A DNA stretch of 64,000 bases from Candidatus Woesearchaeota archaeon UBA153 (GCA_002503705.1 DASH01000042.1:25950-89949), one strand, 5' to 3'. Numbered from the stretch's first letter, positions 47,845 to 57,663 are shown. Notes: generated by a model from the letters alone, not told the origin. Numbers and translations are program-made.

Positions 47845-48879
47845 ATGGGCGTCGCGATCACCGAACTCCTCGAAGGCAAGGAGATATCCATCGAAGACTT
47901 GCGCGGCAAGATCCTCGCCGTCGACGCGTTCAACATGCTCTACCAGTTCCTCACGACGATCAGGATGCAGGACGGCACGCCGTTGCGCGACAGCAAGGGC
48001 AACGTGACGAGCCACCTCATCGGCCTCTTCTCGAGGACGACGGCGTTGATGGCGGACGGCGTCAAGCTCGCCTTCGTCTTCGACGGGGAGCCGCCAGCGT
48101 TGAAGAAAAAAGAACGGGAACGCCGCGCCGCCGTAAAAGCAGAAGCCCTCCTGCATCTGAAGAGCGCGGAAGCGCGCGAAGACGTCGCGGAGATGAAGAA
48201 ATACGCCGGACGCACCGCCACCCTCTCCCCCGAGATGGTCGACGAGGCGAAACAACTCCTGCGCGCGCTCGGCATCCCCGTCCTCCAGGCGCCGAGCGAA
48301 GGAGAAGCGCAAGCGGCGCACGTCTGCGCGAGAGGCGACGCGTACGCCGTCGTTTCGCAGGACGCGGACAGCTTCCTCTTCGGCGCGCCGCGCGTCGTGA
48401 AGAACCTCAACCTTTCGGGCAAGCGGAAGAAGACGAGCGCGCTCGCGTACGAGACCATCCATCCAGAACTCCTGAGCCTCGACGACAGCCTGAAAGCGCT
48501 CAACCTGACGCGCGACCAGCTCATCGTCCTCGCGCTCCTCGTCGGCACCGACTACAATCGGGAAGGCATCCGCGGCATCGGGCCGAAGAAAGCCCTCAAG
48601 CTCTTGGAAGCGCACGGCGCTGACTTTGCCGCGCTCTTCGACGCGGTCTCGTGGAGCGAACACTACCCGGACTTGCCGTGGAAGGTCCTGGTCGAAACAT
48701 TCAAAAAGATGCCGGTCACGGACGAGTACGCGCTCTCCTGGGCGAAACCGGACGCGGCCGCGTTGCGCGAACTCCTCGTCGTCCAGCACGACTTCAGCGA
48801 GGAACGAGTCGCCGCCGCGCTCGCCAAGCTCGGCGCGAGCGCCGCGGCGCAACAGCGAGGTCTCGGAGAGTTCCTGTAA
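47845..48879 (+). CDS. fen: Flap endonuclease 1
   Basis: MGV, AVDAFN, FVFDG, EGEAQAA, SQDADS, GTDYN, C-terminal PIP-like QRGLGEF. Confidence 0.97.
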   Translation: MGVAITELLEGKEISIEDLRGKILAVDAFNMLYQFLTTIRMQDGTPLRDSKGNVTSHLIGLFSRTTALMADGVKLAFVFDGEPPALKKKERERRAAVKAEALLHLKSAEAREDVAEMKKYAGRTATLSPEMVDEAKQLLRALGIPVLQAPSEGEAQAAHVCARGDAYAVVSQDADSFLFGAPRVVKNLNLSGKRKKTSALAYETIHPELLSLDDSLKALNLTRDQLIVLALLVGTDYNREGIRGIGPKKALKLLEAHGADFAALFDAVSWSEHYPDLPWKVLVETFKKMPVTDEYALSWAKPDAAALRELLVVQHDFSEERVAAALAKLGASAAAQQRGLGEFL

Positions 48880-48896
48880 GAACGGTGTCGTACGAA

Positions 48897-49793
48897 ATGC
48901 ACTCGTGGATCGTCTTCAGCATCATCTCGGCGCTCCTCGTCGCCGCCACCTCGATTCTCGAGAAGCAGATGCTGCTGGAGAAGCACGCGATGCAGTTCTC
49001 CGCCTCCCTCGCCGTCGTCAACGCGCTCCTCACCGCGCCCTTCCTCTTCTTCGTCGAGTGGGAGCGCATCACGCCCTCCCTCTTCGCCTTCCTCTTCATC
49101 CTCGCGGTCATCCTCGCGACCGGCTTCTTCTTCACCGCGCGCGGCGTCCGGCACTCGCCCCTCTCCATCTCCGCCCCGCTCATCTCCCTCAAACCAGCGG
49201 TCACGGCGATCATCGCGTTCCTCCTCCTCGGCGAGTCGCTCTCCCTCCTTGCCGTCCTCGGCCTCCTCCTCATCGTCGTCGGCGTCGCGGTGCTCGAACA
49301 CCATCACGGCGTCACCTTCCTCCGCGACCTGCGCGAGATTGCCAGCGCAGTCCACGTCCGCTACCTCGTCGGCGCGCTCCTCCTCTTCGGCGCGTGCATG
49401 GTGGGCGAGCGCTACCTCTTCGCGCCCCTCGCGTCCGGCGGCCTCGCGTTCCCCGTCCTCCACTACCTCGCCATCGTCAACGTCCTGGCCGCGATCATCT
49501 CAATGCTCTACCTCGCCTTCTTCCACCACGCGTGGCGCGACCTGAAATCCTGCCTCTCCTCCTCCTGGCTGCCCATCGTCATCATCGGACTCTTGACGGT
49601 CGCGATGCGGCTGAGCCACGGGTTCGCCCTCTCGTTCCCGAACGGCAAGGCGGGCCTCGTCTCGAGCATCAAGTACACGGCGGCGATCTTCATCACGTTC
49701 GTCGGCGGCGAGCTCTTCCACGAAGAGCACGTCTGGCGGCGGCTCGCCGCCTCGGCGTTCATCGTCGTCGGCGTCGTCCTCATCATCCTCTGA
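48897..49793 (+). CDS. EamA/DMT family transporter
   Basis: About 10 TM in two repeats, LLGESL, FHEE. Confidence 0.85.
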   Translation: MHSWIVFSIISALLVAATSILEKQMLLEKHAMQFSASLAVVNALLTAPFLFFVEWERITPSLFAFLFILAVILATGFFFTARGVRHSPLSISAPLISLKPAVTAIIAFLLLGESLSLLAVLGLLLIVVGVAVLEHHHGVTFLRDLREIASAVHVRYLVGALLLFGACMVGERYLFAPLASGGLAFPVLHYLAIVNVLAAIISMLYLAFFHHAWRDLKSCLSSSWLPIVIIGLLTVAMRLSHGFALSFPNGKAGLVSSIKYTAAIFITFVGGELFHEEHVWRRLAASAFIVVGVVLIIL

Positions 49794-49838
49794 GACGACA
49801 GGCAACTTTTTAACTTCCGTCATTTCCCTCTCGTCGTC

Positions 49839-50861
49839 ATGGTCCTGTGCGCGAAAGCGAAACTCTCGGATGCGCAACGCGTGAAGCGCGAGCTCGTCGA
49901 GCACCACGCCGGCTTGGATGGTTGGCGCTCCGTGAAGGACGCGACGCACATCTACTATCCTGTCGCGAAGAAGTTCCCGACGGCACACGCGACGTTCGTC
50001 GAGCATGACGCGCGTGCGGTCCCGAACAAAGGCGACTTGAAAGAGCGGTTGCGCGGCGCGTTGACCGACGAGGAGCTTTCACGGCTCGCGAAGAGCTACG
50101 ACCTCGTCGGCACGATCGCCATCATCGAGATTGACCCGTCGCTCGAGGCGAAAGAGCGCGTCATCGCGGCAGCAGTCCTCGAGAAGAACCCTGCCGTGAC
50201 GACGGTGGTGAAGAAAGGCGGCGGCCACGAGGGCGAACTGCGCTTGCAGCGCACCGTCTTCCTCGCGGGCGAGGAGACGCGCGAGACGATCGTGACGGAG
50301 AACGGCGTCAGGCTGCGGGTCAACGTCGACGAGGTGTACTATTCCGTCCGGACCGCGTCGGAACGGTTGCGCGTCGCCGAGCAGGTGCGCGCGGGCGAGC
50401 GCGTCCTCGTCATGTTCTCGGGCGTCGCGCCGTACTGCGTCGTCATCGCGAAGCGGACGAAGGCCGCCGAGGTCGTCGGCATCGAGTTGAATGAAAAAGG
50501 CCACGCGCTCGGCGTCGAGAACGTCCGGCTGAACAAGCTGAAGAACGTCGTGCTCATCAACGATGACGTCCGGCACGCCGCGCCCGTCCTCGCGGAACGA
50601 GGAATTTCATTCGACAGGATTGTCATGCCCTTGCCGCACACCGGCAGCGACTTCCTCGATGAGGCGTTCGCCGTGTCGCATCCCGGGACGATGATTCATT
50701 TGTACGACTTCGAGAAGGAAGGCGAGTTCGACCAGGCGGCCGCGAAGGCCGAGGCCGGCGCCCAGCGGAACAAACGTCAGATTAAAATCTTGCGCGTCGT
50801 CGCGTGCGGCCAGCACTCCCCGCGGCTCTACCGCGTCTGCGCGGACTTCGAAGTCCTGTGA
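49839..50861 (+). CDS. trm5: tRNA methyltransferase, Trm5/Tyw2 family
   Basis: YDLVGTIAI, ENGV, MFSGVAPY, FDRIVMPLP, HLYDF. Confidence 0.9.
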   Translation: MVLCAKAKLSDAQRVKRELVEHHAGLDGWRSVKDATHIYYPVAKKFPTAHATFVEHDARAVPNKGDLKERLRGALTDEELSRLAKSYDLVGTIAIIEIDPSLEAKERVIAAAVLEKNPAVTTVVKKGGGHEGELRLQRTVFLAGEETRETIVTENGVRLRVNVDEVYYSVRTASERLRVAEQVRAGERVLVMFSGVAPYCVVIAKRTKAAEVVGIELNEKGHALGVENVRLNKLKNVVLINDDVRHAAPVLAERGISFDRIVMPLPHTGSDFLDEAFAVSHPGTMIHLYDFEKEGEFDQAAAKAEAGAQRNKRQIKILRVVACGQHSPRLYRVCADFEVL

Positions 50862-51547
50862 GAGTTCTCTTCGCCCTCGTCCTCGCGTTGCCACCGCGAG
50901 AGCTCCTTCTTCGCCGCCTCAATGTCTCTCTTCGAGTACTTGCCGCTCTTCACGAACGCGTCGTACTCTTCCCGAGAGACCTTGCCGTCCTTGAGCATCT
51001 TGCGTAGCTCGCGCTTCGCCTCGTCGGAGATCTGCAGCGACTCGACCTTCCCCGTACGGACTTCGCGGAGGTACTTCTCAATCTTCCGCTGCAAGAAATC
51101 AAGATTCGCTTCGTCCAGGTGGCCTTTTGCGTACTCCTGTTCGAGTTTCTTCTGCAGCAAGAGAAGTTTCGCTTCGCTCTTCGACGGCGCGTCGTCGTAC
51201 TCGGCGTGCGCGTCGTTAATCTCCTTCAAGTACCCGCCGACCTTGTTGCGTCGGCGATGGTTGAGCCACCAGCCGACTACGGCGCCGAGGATTGCGATGA
51301 TGCCGATAATCGCGCCAACCATGTCCCAATTCGTGTCGCTCGACGTCCCTCCCGATCCCGTGTTGTTGATGACGATCGGCGTCACGCCGATCGGCGTCGG
51401 AAAAGTTTCCGTTCCGGCGTTCGTCTCCGGCTTCTCTTTTCCCGGTGGCGTCGTCGGCTTCGCCGCGAGCGTGAACGCGAGGACGAGAAGCATGATGGCG
51501 AGAAGAGCGAGGAGTGTGACGATACGGCGGACTGTTTTGCGCGTCAT
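50828..51547 (-). CDS. Membrane protein: signal/TM, P/T linker, TM, helical cytoplasmic domain
   Basis: Start MTRKTV with GGAGG SD; two hydrophobic segments; DGKVSREEY. Confidence 0.65.
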   Translation of the reverse strand: MTRKTVRRIVTLLALLAIMLLVLAFTLAAKPTTPPGKEKPETNAGTETFPTPIGVTPIVINNTGSGGTSSDTNWDMVGAIIGIIAILGAVVGWWLNHRRRNKVGGYLKEINDAHAEYDDAPSKSEAKLLLLQKKLEQEYAKGHLDEANLDFLQRKIEKYLREVRTGKVESLQISDEAKRELRKMLKDGKVSREEYDAFVKSGKYSKRDIEAAKKELSRWQREDEGEENSHRTSKSAQTR

Positions 51548-51694
51548 GCCTCCCTTCAAGAATTCGCGATTTAAAATTGTTCTGGAAAAGGCGACGTTCC
51601 GGGGCCGAACCCCGCATCCCGCGGACTGAACGCTCGCGCTCTGAACCCCGTCGTGGCCGTTCCCCGCGTTCTGTATCCTGTTCGTTCCGCTCCC

Positions 51695-51813
51695 CGCGTT
51701 CCGAACCCAGTAGGTAAGTCGCCCCGCTCGGCAGTTACTCCACCAGCCATCATCCCCGAAGGGCGTGGCTCGGGTGTTCACCTCCTCATCGCGGGGCGAA
51801 GTTGCGGAACGCG
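51695..51813 (-). ncRNA. Candidate structured small RNA or leader (C/D-box-like layout)
   Basis: TATA near 51820-51828 on the minus strand; nested 9-bp stems; GCGATGA, CCGA, GGATGA, CCGA motifs; CCC-TTCG-GGG hairpin. Confidence 0.35.
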
Positions 51814-51996
51814 AAAGCCTATAAAAAACTACTTGCCCCTCTGCGGCGTCACTCTCGGTGAGCCGCTCTCCGTTTTTCCTCTTCGCTCCTCGTTTTTCCT
51901 CACTCCCTTGTTTTTCCTCGCCACCCCCTTTTTCCCGTCGTTTTCGACTAAAGATTTATATACCTCCGGTCCGTTTCTCTGGCCTCTTCCGAGGGT

Positions 51997-53154
51997 ATGA
52001 TGGTGAAAGAGGAGCTCGATAAGGCGGTCTATTCCTACAGTTCGACAAGCGAGAGCAACGAGCTGGAGGAGGAGAACAAGCTCTTGCGCGAGACCGTCGA
52101 CCAGTTGCGCAACGAGGTCGAGAAGTTCAAACGGCCCGCCTTGCTCGTCGCGGAGGTCGGCGACGTCGTCTGGAAGCACGAGCGCCGTTACATCGTCATC
52201 AAGGTGCCGAACGGGAACATGTTCTACGTCGAAGTCGCGGATGGCATCGGCGACTTGGTGCCGGGCGAGAGCGTCCTCGTCGAGCAGAAGAACCTGACGG
52301 TCGTCGAGAAAGTCTCGAGCACGAAGCGCTTCCCCGTCGAGCAGTTCGTCATCCTCGAGAAACCGACGGTCACGTGGCAGGAAGTCGGCGGCTTGCAGCA
52401 GCAGATCGAGGAGTTGAAAGAGGTCATCGAGTTGCCGCTCAAGAGTCCTGAGTTGTTCAAGAAGGTCGGCATCACGCCGCCGAAAGGGATCTTGCTGTAC
52501 GGCCCTCCCGGTACGGGGAAGACGCTGCTCGCGAAAGCGGTCGCGCACAGCACGAACAGCACGTTCATCGAAGTCGTCGGCTCGGAGTTGGTGCAGAAGT
52601 TCATCGGCGAGGGCGCGAAGCTCGTCAAGGAGATCTTCCAGCTCGCGCGCGACAAGGCGCCGTCCATCATCTTCATCGACGAGCTCGACGCGCTCGCGTC
52701 GAAACGCGTCGACATGGGCACTTCGGGAGAGCGCGAGGTGCAGCGCACGTTCATGCAGTTGCTCGCGGAGATTGACGGCTTCAAGAGTCTCGGCAACGTC
52801 AAGCTCATCGGGTGTACCAATCGTCGGGACATTCTCGACGAGGCGGTCATCCGTCCGGGACGCTTGGACCGTCTGATTGAGGTGCCGCACCCGTCGAAGG
52901 AGGGCTTGCGGGAGATCTTCAAGATCCACACGCGTACCATGAAATTGGAGCGGAAGGCGGACACGGAGAAGATTCTCGACAAGATGGTGAACTTCAGCGG
53001 CGCGGAGGTCAAGGCGGCGGTGACTGAAGCCGGTTATTTCGCCATCCGCGCGAACCGCACCATCGTCAAAGAGTCGGATTTCTTCAAGGCGATCGTCAAG
53101 GTGCGTCGTTCGGAAGAGAATGAAGGCAAGGACTACATCGGGATGTTCGGGTAG
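51997..53154 (+). CDS. pan: Proteasome-activating nucleotidase
   Basis: Coiled coil, OB domain, GPPGTGKT, FIDELD, RPGRLDR, C-terminal HbYX-like MFG. Confidence 0.95.
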   Translation: MMVKEELDKAVYSYSSTSESNELEEENKLLRETVDQLRNEVEKFKRPALLVAEVGDVVWKHERRYIVIKVPNGNMFYVEVADGIGDLVPGESVLVEQKNLTVVEKVSSTKRFPVEQFVILEKPTVTWQEVGGLQQQIEELKEVIELPLKSPELFKKVGITPPKGILLYGPPGTGKTLLAKAVAHSTNSTFIEVVGSELVQKFIGEGAKLVKEIFQLARDKAPSIIFIDELDALASKRVDMGTSGEREVQRTFMQLLAEIDGFKSLGNVKLIGCTNRRDILDEAVIRPGRLDRLIEVPHPSKEGLREIFKIHTRTMKLERKADTEKILDKMVNFSGAEVKAAVTEAGYFAIRANRTIVKESDFFKAIVKVRRSEENEGKDYIGMFG

Positions 53155-53241
53155 AACGCTCTTTCTCTCGTCTTCGGAACGAAAAGATTTAAATATCCGG
53201 CCTGCGTCGGCTCCGTTATCAAAATCGCGTGGTGATTCATC

Positions 53242-53505
53242 ATGGGTGAAGAGGAGAAGAAGCTCTCGCGTCAAATCATCGGGAAGACCGTCGTGAGCAA
53301 GACGGGCAAGCGCTTCGGCGAGGTCGGCGATGTCATCTTCGAGACGAGCAGCGGCGAGTTGATCCACATCGTCTTGCGCAACCCGACGCCGTACACGGAG
53401 AAGCTCGACCTGGAACGCTCCAAGGACGGCGAGCAGTTGATCCCGTTCTCGGCTGTCATGGCGATGGGCGACTTCCTCGTCGTGGCTGAAGAGGATATCG
53501 TGTAA
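53242..53505 (+). CDS. PRC-barrel protein (CdpB-like)
   Basis: IIGKTVVSKTGKRFGEVGD, IPFSAV.AMGDFLVV. Confidence 0.85.
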   Translation: MGEEEKKLSRQIIGKTVVSKTGKRFGEVGDVIFETSSGELIHIVLRNPTPYTEKLDLERSKDGEQLIPFSAVMAMGDFLVVAEEDIV

Positions 53506-53625
53506 AAGTTCTTTTTTTTGGAAATAATATTTTCTATATAGAACATATTTCTCTTCGACGGAAACGAAAGCTTTAAATATGATATAATCACTACCCGGTA
53601 ATAACATAATTGCGGGGTACTCCTC

Positions 53626-53994
53626 ATGAAGAAATTCCTCCTGTGCGCAATGCTCGTGCTCGCCGCGCTCATCGCGCTCCCGAGCGTCCTCTCGTACGGC
53701 TACTACGGCTACGCCTACCCGAACCAGCAATACTGGAACGCCGAGACGCGCATGGGCGCGTACGGCAGCTCGTTCGGCTACGCGCAAGGCATGTACGACT
53801 ACGTCAGTCCCCCGATCGCGCTCACCGGCCTCGGCCACCAATACTCCGTGAGCAATGTCCGCGACGCGGTCTACCCGCAATACCCGGTCACGCACTTCTC
53901 GAACGCCTACCGGCCGTATTACGGCTACCCGTACCGCAGCTACGGCAACCCCGCGTGGGAAGCCTACCGCTGGGGCACGTGGAACGCGCGCTGA
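53626..53994 (+). CDS. Secreted Tyr/Gly-rich protein
   Basis: MKK signal peptide; YGY/YPY-rich mature region. Confidence 0.7.
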   Translation: MKKFLLCAMLVLAALIALPSVLSYGYYGYAYPNQQYWNAETRMGAYGSSFGYAQGMYDYVSPPIALTGLGHQYSVSNVRDAVYPQYPVTHFSNAYRPYYGYPYRSYGNPAWEAYRWGTWNAR

Positions 53995-54059
53995 GACGTG
54001 AACGAAAATTTTTTCTTTACTCTCCTCTTCACTCTCCTTCAACCCGACAGTGAAAGCTC

Positions 54060-54551
54060 ATGAACGACCACCCAGCAACGGAATCGCCGATTCGATGGTA
54101 TGACGTGAACGGGTTTGTCAAGACCGGTATCTTCTCTGCATCCGGGCTCTCCGTCATCCAACTCTACCTCGACCCGAAAGGAACAGCGCGGCCGTTCCTC
54201 GGCATCGGGATGGGCGCGTTGAAGAACGGCTTCCTGCTTGAGCAGATGCTCAACGACCCCTTCCTCAACCCAGCACGGCAACGTCCCGAGATGCTCCGCT
54301 TTCGTGACGGCCACACGCACCCGAGTCGTTTCGGCTCGTGGTACTACGCGCCCGGCATGGGCACGATAACGATTCTCGGCGAGAAGATACAGAAAATACT
54401 CTTGAACGGTGAGAGTCTCGACTACGCGGCTGGCATCGACGCCCAACACCTCGAGAAGCTCTCCTGCTTCTTACCGGGGTACGAGGTCAGTCGTCCTCGA
54501 GACACGCTGACGCTCTTCCTCGTCCCGAAACCGCGCGCTCTCGAGCGATGA
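54060..54551 (+). CDS. Hypothetical protein
   Basis: 163-aa ORF, protein-like composition. Confidence 0.5.
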   Translation: MNDHPATESPIRWYDVNGFVKTGIFSASGLSVIQLYLDPKGTARPFLGIGMGALKNGFLLEQMLNDPFLNPARQRPEMLRFRDGHTHPSRFGSWYYAPGMGTITILGEKIQKILLNGESLDYAAGIDAQHLEKLSCFLPGYEVSRPRDTLTLFLVPKPRALER

Positions 54552-54631
54552 TCGTTCGTGACCTCTTCAGGCGAAGCGCGGCCAGCGTTTCCACGCGCTT
54601 GGTCCTCGCGCGACAGCGTCTTCAGAATTGC

Positions 54632-55597
54632 TCATCGTTGCAACGTCAGCGTGAAGCTCGCGAGCAACGCTTCCAGTTGGAGGTACTCGTCAGCGCCTTC
54701 CACCATGCGGAACTCCGCTTCGCCGCACGACTTCACCAGTTCGAGCTTCTTGCGGTCGTCGACGCCGGACAATTGCCAGCACGCGGCTTGCAACTGCTTG
54801 ATGATGTCCGTGCCGCTCAAGCCGTACTCGAGCATGACGGTGAGCAGGATTTTCTTCGCGCCGGGGAAGTCTCCCTGCTTCGCGTGCTCCAAGAGCTGCG
54901 CGACCTCTTTCGGCTTCGCGTAGCTCGCGATGGAGTAGACGACGTCTTCCGTGATCTTCTTCTCTAAAGCTGCGCACGCTTGCAGCAGGTTCTCGACGCG
55001 GCGCACGTCGCCGTTGCTGACGAGGAATAACGCTTCTTCCGCTTTCGCGTCCACGTGGAGGCCTTCGTCTTTCGCGATCTTCTCGATGATGTGCGCGATC
55101 TCCTCGCGCGCCAACGGCTTGAACCGGAAGACGGTGCATCTGCTCTGGATCGGGTCGATGATCTTGCTGCTGTAGTTGCAGCTGAGGATGAAACGACAGG
55201 TTTGCGTGTAGTTCTCCATCGTGCGGCGCAACGCTTGCTGCGCCTCTTTCGTTAAGGCGTCGCACTCGTCGAGGTAGATGATCTTGAACGGCACGTCGCC
55301 GATCGCTCTCGTGCGCGCGAAGTCCTTGACTTTGTTCCTGACGACGTCGATGCCGCGCTCGTCGCTCGCGTTCAGCTCTAAGAAGTTGCCGCGCCACTCG
55401 TCGCCGTACATCTGCCGCGCGATGACGAGGCTCAACGTTGTCTTGCCGATGCCCGCCGGGCCCGCGAACAAGAGGTGGGGCATGTTGCCTTGCTTGACGA
55501 ACGCCTCGACCTTCGAGACGACGTCCTTCTGCCCTTTGACCTCCTTGAACGTCTTCGGCCGGTACTTCTCAGTCCAGATGCTGCTCTCCCCGATCAT
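54632..55597 (-). CDS. rfcS: Replication factor C small subunit
   Basis: WTEKYRP, GPAGIGKT, LNASDERG, LDECD, IQSRC. Confidence 0.97.
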   Translation of the reverse strand: MIGESSIWTEKYRPKTFKEVKGQKDVVSKVEAFVKQGNMPHLLFAGPAGIGKTTLSLVIARQMYGDEWRGNFLELNASDERGIDVVRNKVKDFARTRAIGDVPFKIIYLDECDALTKEAQQALRRTMENYTQTCRFILSCNYSSKIIDPIQSRCTVFRFKPLAREEIAHIIEKIAKDEGLHVDAKAEEALFLVSNGDVRRVENLLQACAALEKKITEDVVYSIASYAKPKEVAQLLEHAKQGDFPGAKKILLTVMLEYGLSGTDIIKQLQAACWQLSGVDDRKKLELVKSCGEAEFRMVEGADEYLQLEALLASFTLTLQR

Positions 55598-55688
55598 GGT
55601 TTCCCGGAATCGGCGAGAGGTTTAAAAAATGGATGGTGGACGTCCATCACATTCACGAGTCTCATTCGTGAGTTTCGCATCGCGTGGT

Positions 55689-56771
55689 TCATACGGTAAC
55701 GGTCGTCTCCGTTCGGGTTTTTCCACCACTTTGCAAATACTGTTGAATGAGTTGTAGGAATTCTTTGGAATCCGCAAAGTAATTCAGGTACGCTTTTCTC
55801 AGTTCTTCCACCGATTTCGCGCCGACGAGCACAACATCCTTGTTCGGATTACGGTTCTGCAATCTTTCAGCTTCTACGTAGTGTTCTGTGGCAATCGGTT
55901 CCTGTTCGAGCGGGTAACCTCGAATGCTGAGTTTTTCATTCCCTTCCGTCACATCGAGCTCGAGGAGGAAGAACTGGAGCTCTTTGATTTTCGGCTCTAT
56001 CGCTTTCAGAGCATCCGACCAGCCCGTCATCTTTGAGATTATCTTCAGATGACTCACTTTCTCCTTGACTCTTTCGTAAAGTTCGACGTCATCGGTCGGC
56101 GTATCGGGAACTGGTGGTTGCCCTTCCATTCTCGCGAATACCGAACTAATTAACTTGAAGAAATCTTTCCATTCTTGCTCTCCTTCGTTGGACTTGATGG
56201 CCTGGTCAGTGAATAAGTCGACGATTTCGATGGAGGTGGCCCACGCGTGCTGTATCTTCGACCTTATTTGCAACTCGACCTGTAGGCCATCGTAGGTTGT
56301 GATTTTGTCGCTTTTGTATTTGTACACTAAATGTATGCCGCGATACCCGTCATTTTTCGGTTCTTTGATATAGTCTTTTTCTCGTACGCGTTTGTGTTTG
56401 AGACCTCTGCTTTTCTTATAGACGTTGCTCAGAGCATACGCTTTTGCTACGTCCTGCATGACTGCCCTGCATCCCGCGATATCTTGCATCTGCGACAGGC
56501 TCATGGATTTTGTCTGCGTCCTCTGTAGCTTTTTCAGTATGGATGGCACTCTCTTGAGTCGTTGGACGACGAGTGCAGAACTATCGATTTTTTTTGATTC
56601 TCTTCTGAGTCTGACTTGAAAGGTATTCATGGGATAGCTATGGGACGACCGCCAATTACTGAGAATGTTCAGCGCGTTATCCGTCTGTTCTTCGGTAGAT
56701 TGCGGATCAGTTAAAATGTGCCCCGCTTTATCTACTTGTGATCTCCCGTACTCGGGTTTTGTCCAGGTCAT
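55689..56771 (-). CDS. RelA/SpoT-domain (small alarmone synthetase-like) protein
   Basis: QRLKR.PSI, QDIAGCR, DYIKEPK.DGYRGIH, ELQIRS..QHAWA; AT-richer than flanks. Confidence 0.88.
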   Translation of the reverse strand: MTWTKPEYGRSQVDKAGHILTDPQSTEEQTDNALNILSNWRSSHSYPMNTFQVRLRRESKKIDSSALVVQRLKRVPSILKKLQRTQTKSMSLSQMQDIAGCRAVMQDVAKAYALSNVYKKSRGLKHKRVREKDYIKEPKNDGYRGIHLVYKYKSDKITTYDGLQVELQIRSKIQHAWATSIEIVDLFTDQAIKSNEGEQEWKDFFKLISSVFARMEGQPPVPDTPTDDVELYERVKEKVSHLKIISKMTGWSDALKAIEPKIKELQFFLLELDVTEGNEKLSIRGYPLEQEPIATEHYVEAERLQNRNPNKDVVLVGAKSVEELRKAYLNYFADSKEFLQLIQQYLQSGGKTRTETTVTV

Positions 56772-56806
56772 GGATGAACGATGACATCAAGGCTTTATAT
56801 ATTTTT

Positions 56807-56908
56807 GCATGCGAAAGTGTTTTACGCATGCAAAGATGCACTATTTATGCATGCGTATATGGATTAGCATGCGGACTCAATCCGCATGCGATAATAATTT
56901 TCGCATGC
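56807..56908. repeat. Array of six GCATGC palindromes
   Basis: GCATGC at 56807, 56826, 56849, 56867, 56884 and 56903 in AT-rich intergenic DNA. Confidence 0.85.
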
Positions 56909-57082
56909 AGGCCCTCGAGATTAACTCGTTCAAAGTTTGTTCCGATGGCGGCATTCTCTCAGCAAACCCTTCTGAGGAACGCATATGATTTCGTATGAGT
57001 TTTTATTCCTTTCGGGTGATAAGGAATCTTTTTAAGGGGGACTTACCGGGTTTTCTTTCTTCGCAGTGATGGTCGGTCCATA

Positions 57083-57544
57083 GTGTCACAGTTACCTCGT
57101 CCGGACCCGCAGCCGTATGAAGGCGTTCTGCACATTCACCGACCTTCTCCTCGAGCGCCCACTCGCGACTCCCCGCTCCTCGCCGAGCCGGAACCGCTCG
57201 TCCTCTCATTCCAGGCCTCGTTCGGGTATCGCGGCGTCTCCTACTCAGTCAAGTATGGCGATGACATGGCGCGGCCGTACGTCACGGTGGCCACGCGCGG
57301 CTGCGCGGACATGGTCGATTACTTCTCCGTCGTGAAACAGCTGGAACTGCTCGGCAAAGGTTACGAGGACAACCTGGCGCGCACCGACACGCAAGACGGC
57401 ATCCGCGGCGTCATCCGGTTCCACGACGCGCTCTCGCAGAGCGGAATCGAGTCGTTCTTAGGCGAGACTCGGGGCTTGGAGAAACTGAGAAAAGAAGTGA
57501 AGTATTTCGGCAACCTGTACGCGTTCCCGGAAGTGCGCGGTTAA
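57083..57544 (+). CDS. Hypothetical protein
   Basis: About 150-aa ORF; start uncertain. Confidence 0.5.
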   Translation: MSQLPRPDPQPYEGVLHIHRPSPRAPTRDSPLLAEPEPLVLSFQASFGYRGVSYSVKYGDDMARPYVTVATRGCADMVDYFSVVKQLELLGKGYEDNLARTDTQDGIRGVIRFHDALSQSGIESFLGETRGLEKLRKEVKYFGNLYAFPEVRG

Positions 57545-57545
57545 G

Positions 57546-57633
57546 GCTGGCGCGGCCAAAGTTATAGTTTTCGTTCTTCAGTGCACGAACGTACTCGCAT
57601 GCACTTGTACGAGGAGATCCGTGCCGCGTCAGC
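57546..57633 (+). repeat. Palindromic element family R, copy 4
   Basis: GCTGGCGCGGCCAAAGTTATAGTT...CGTACTCGC...TCCGTGCCGCGTCAGC. Confidence 0.85.
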
Positions 57634-57663
57634 ACGAGACGAGCCATGCTCGGCGAAGAACTC

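Noticed and set aside
51699-51725. TTCCGAACCCAGTAGGTAAG similarity to 5S rRNA
   Set aside because: Flanking 5S helices and the upstream ACACCCG motif are absent on this strand
56807-56908. CRISPR array
   Set aside because: Repeat core is only 6-10 bp with about 19-bp period, and there are no cas genes; no CRISPR array, tRNA or rRNA gene was recognised in the window
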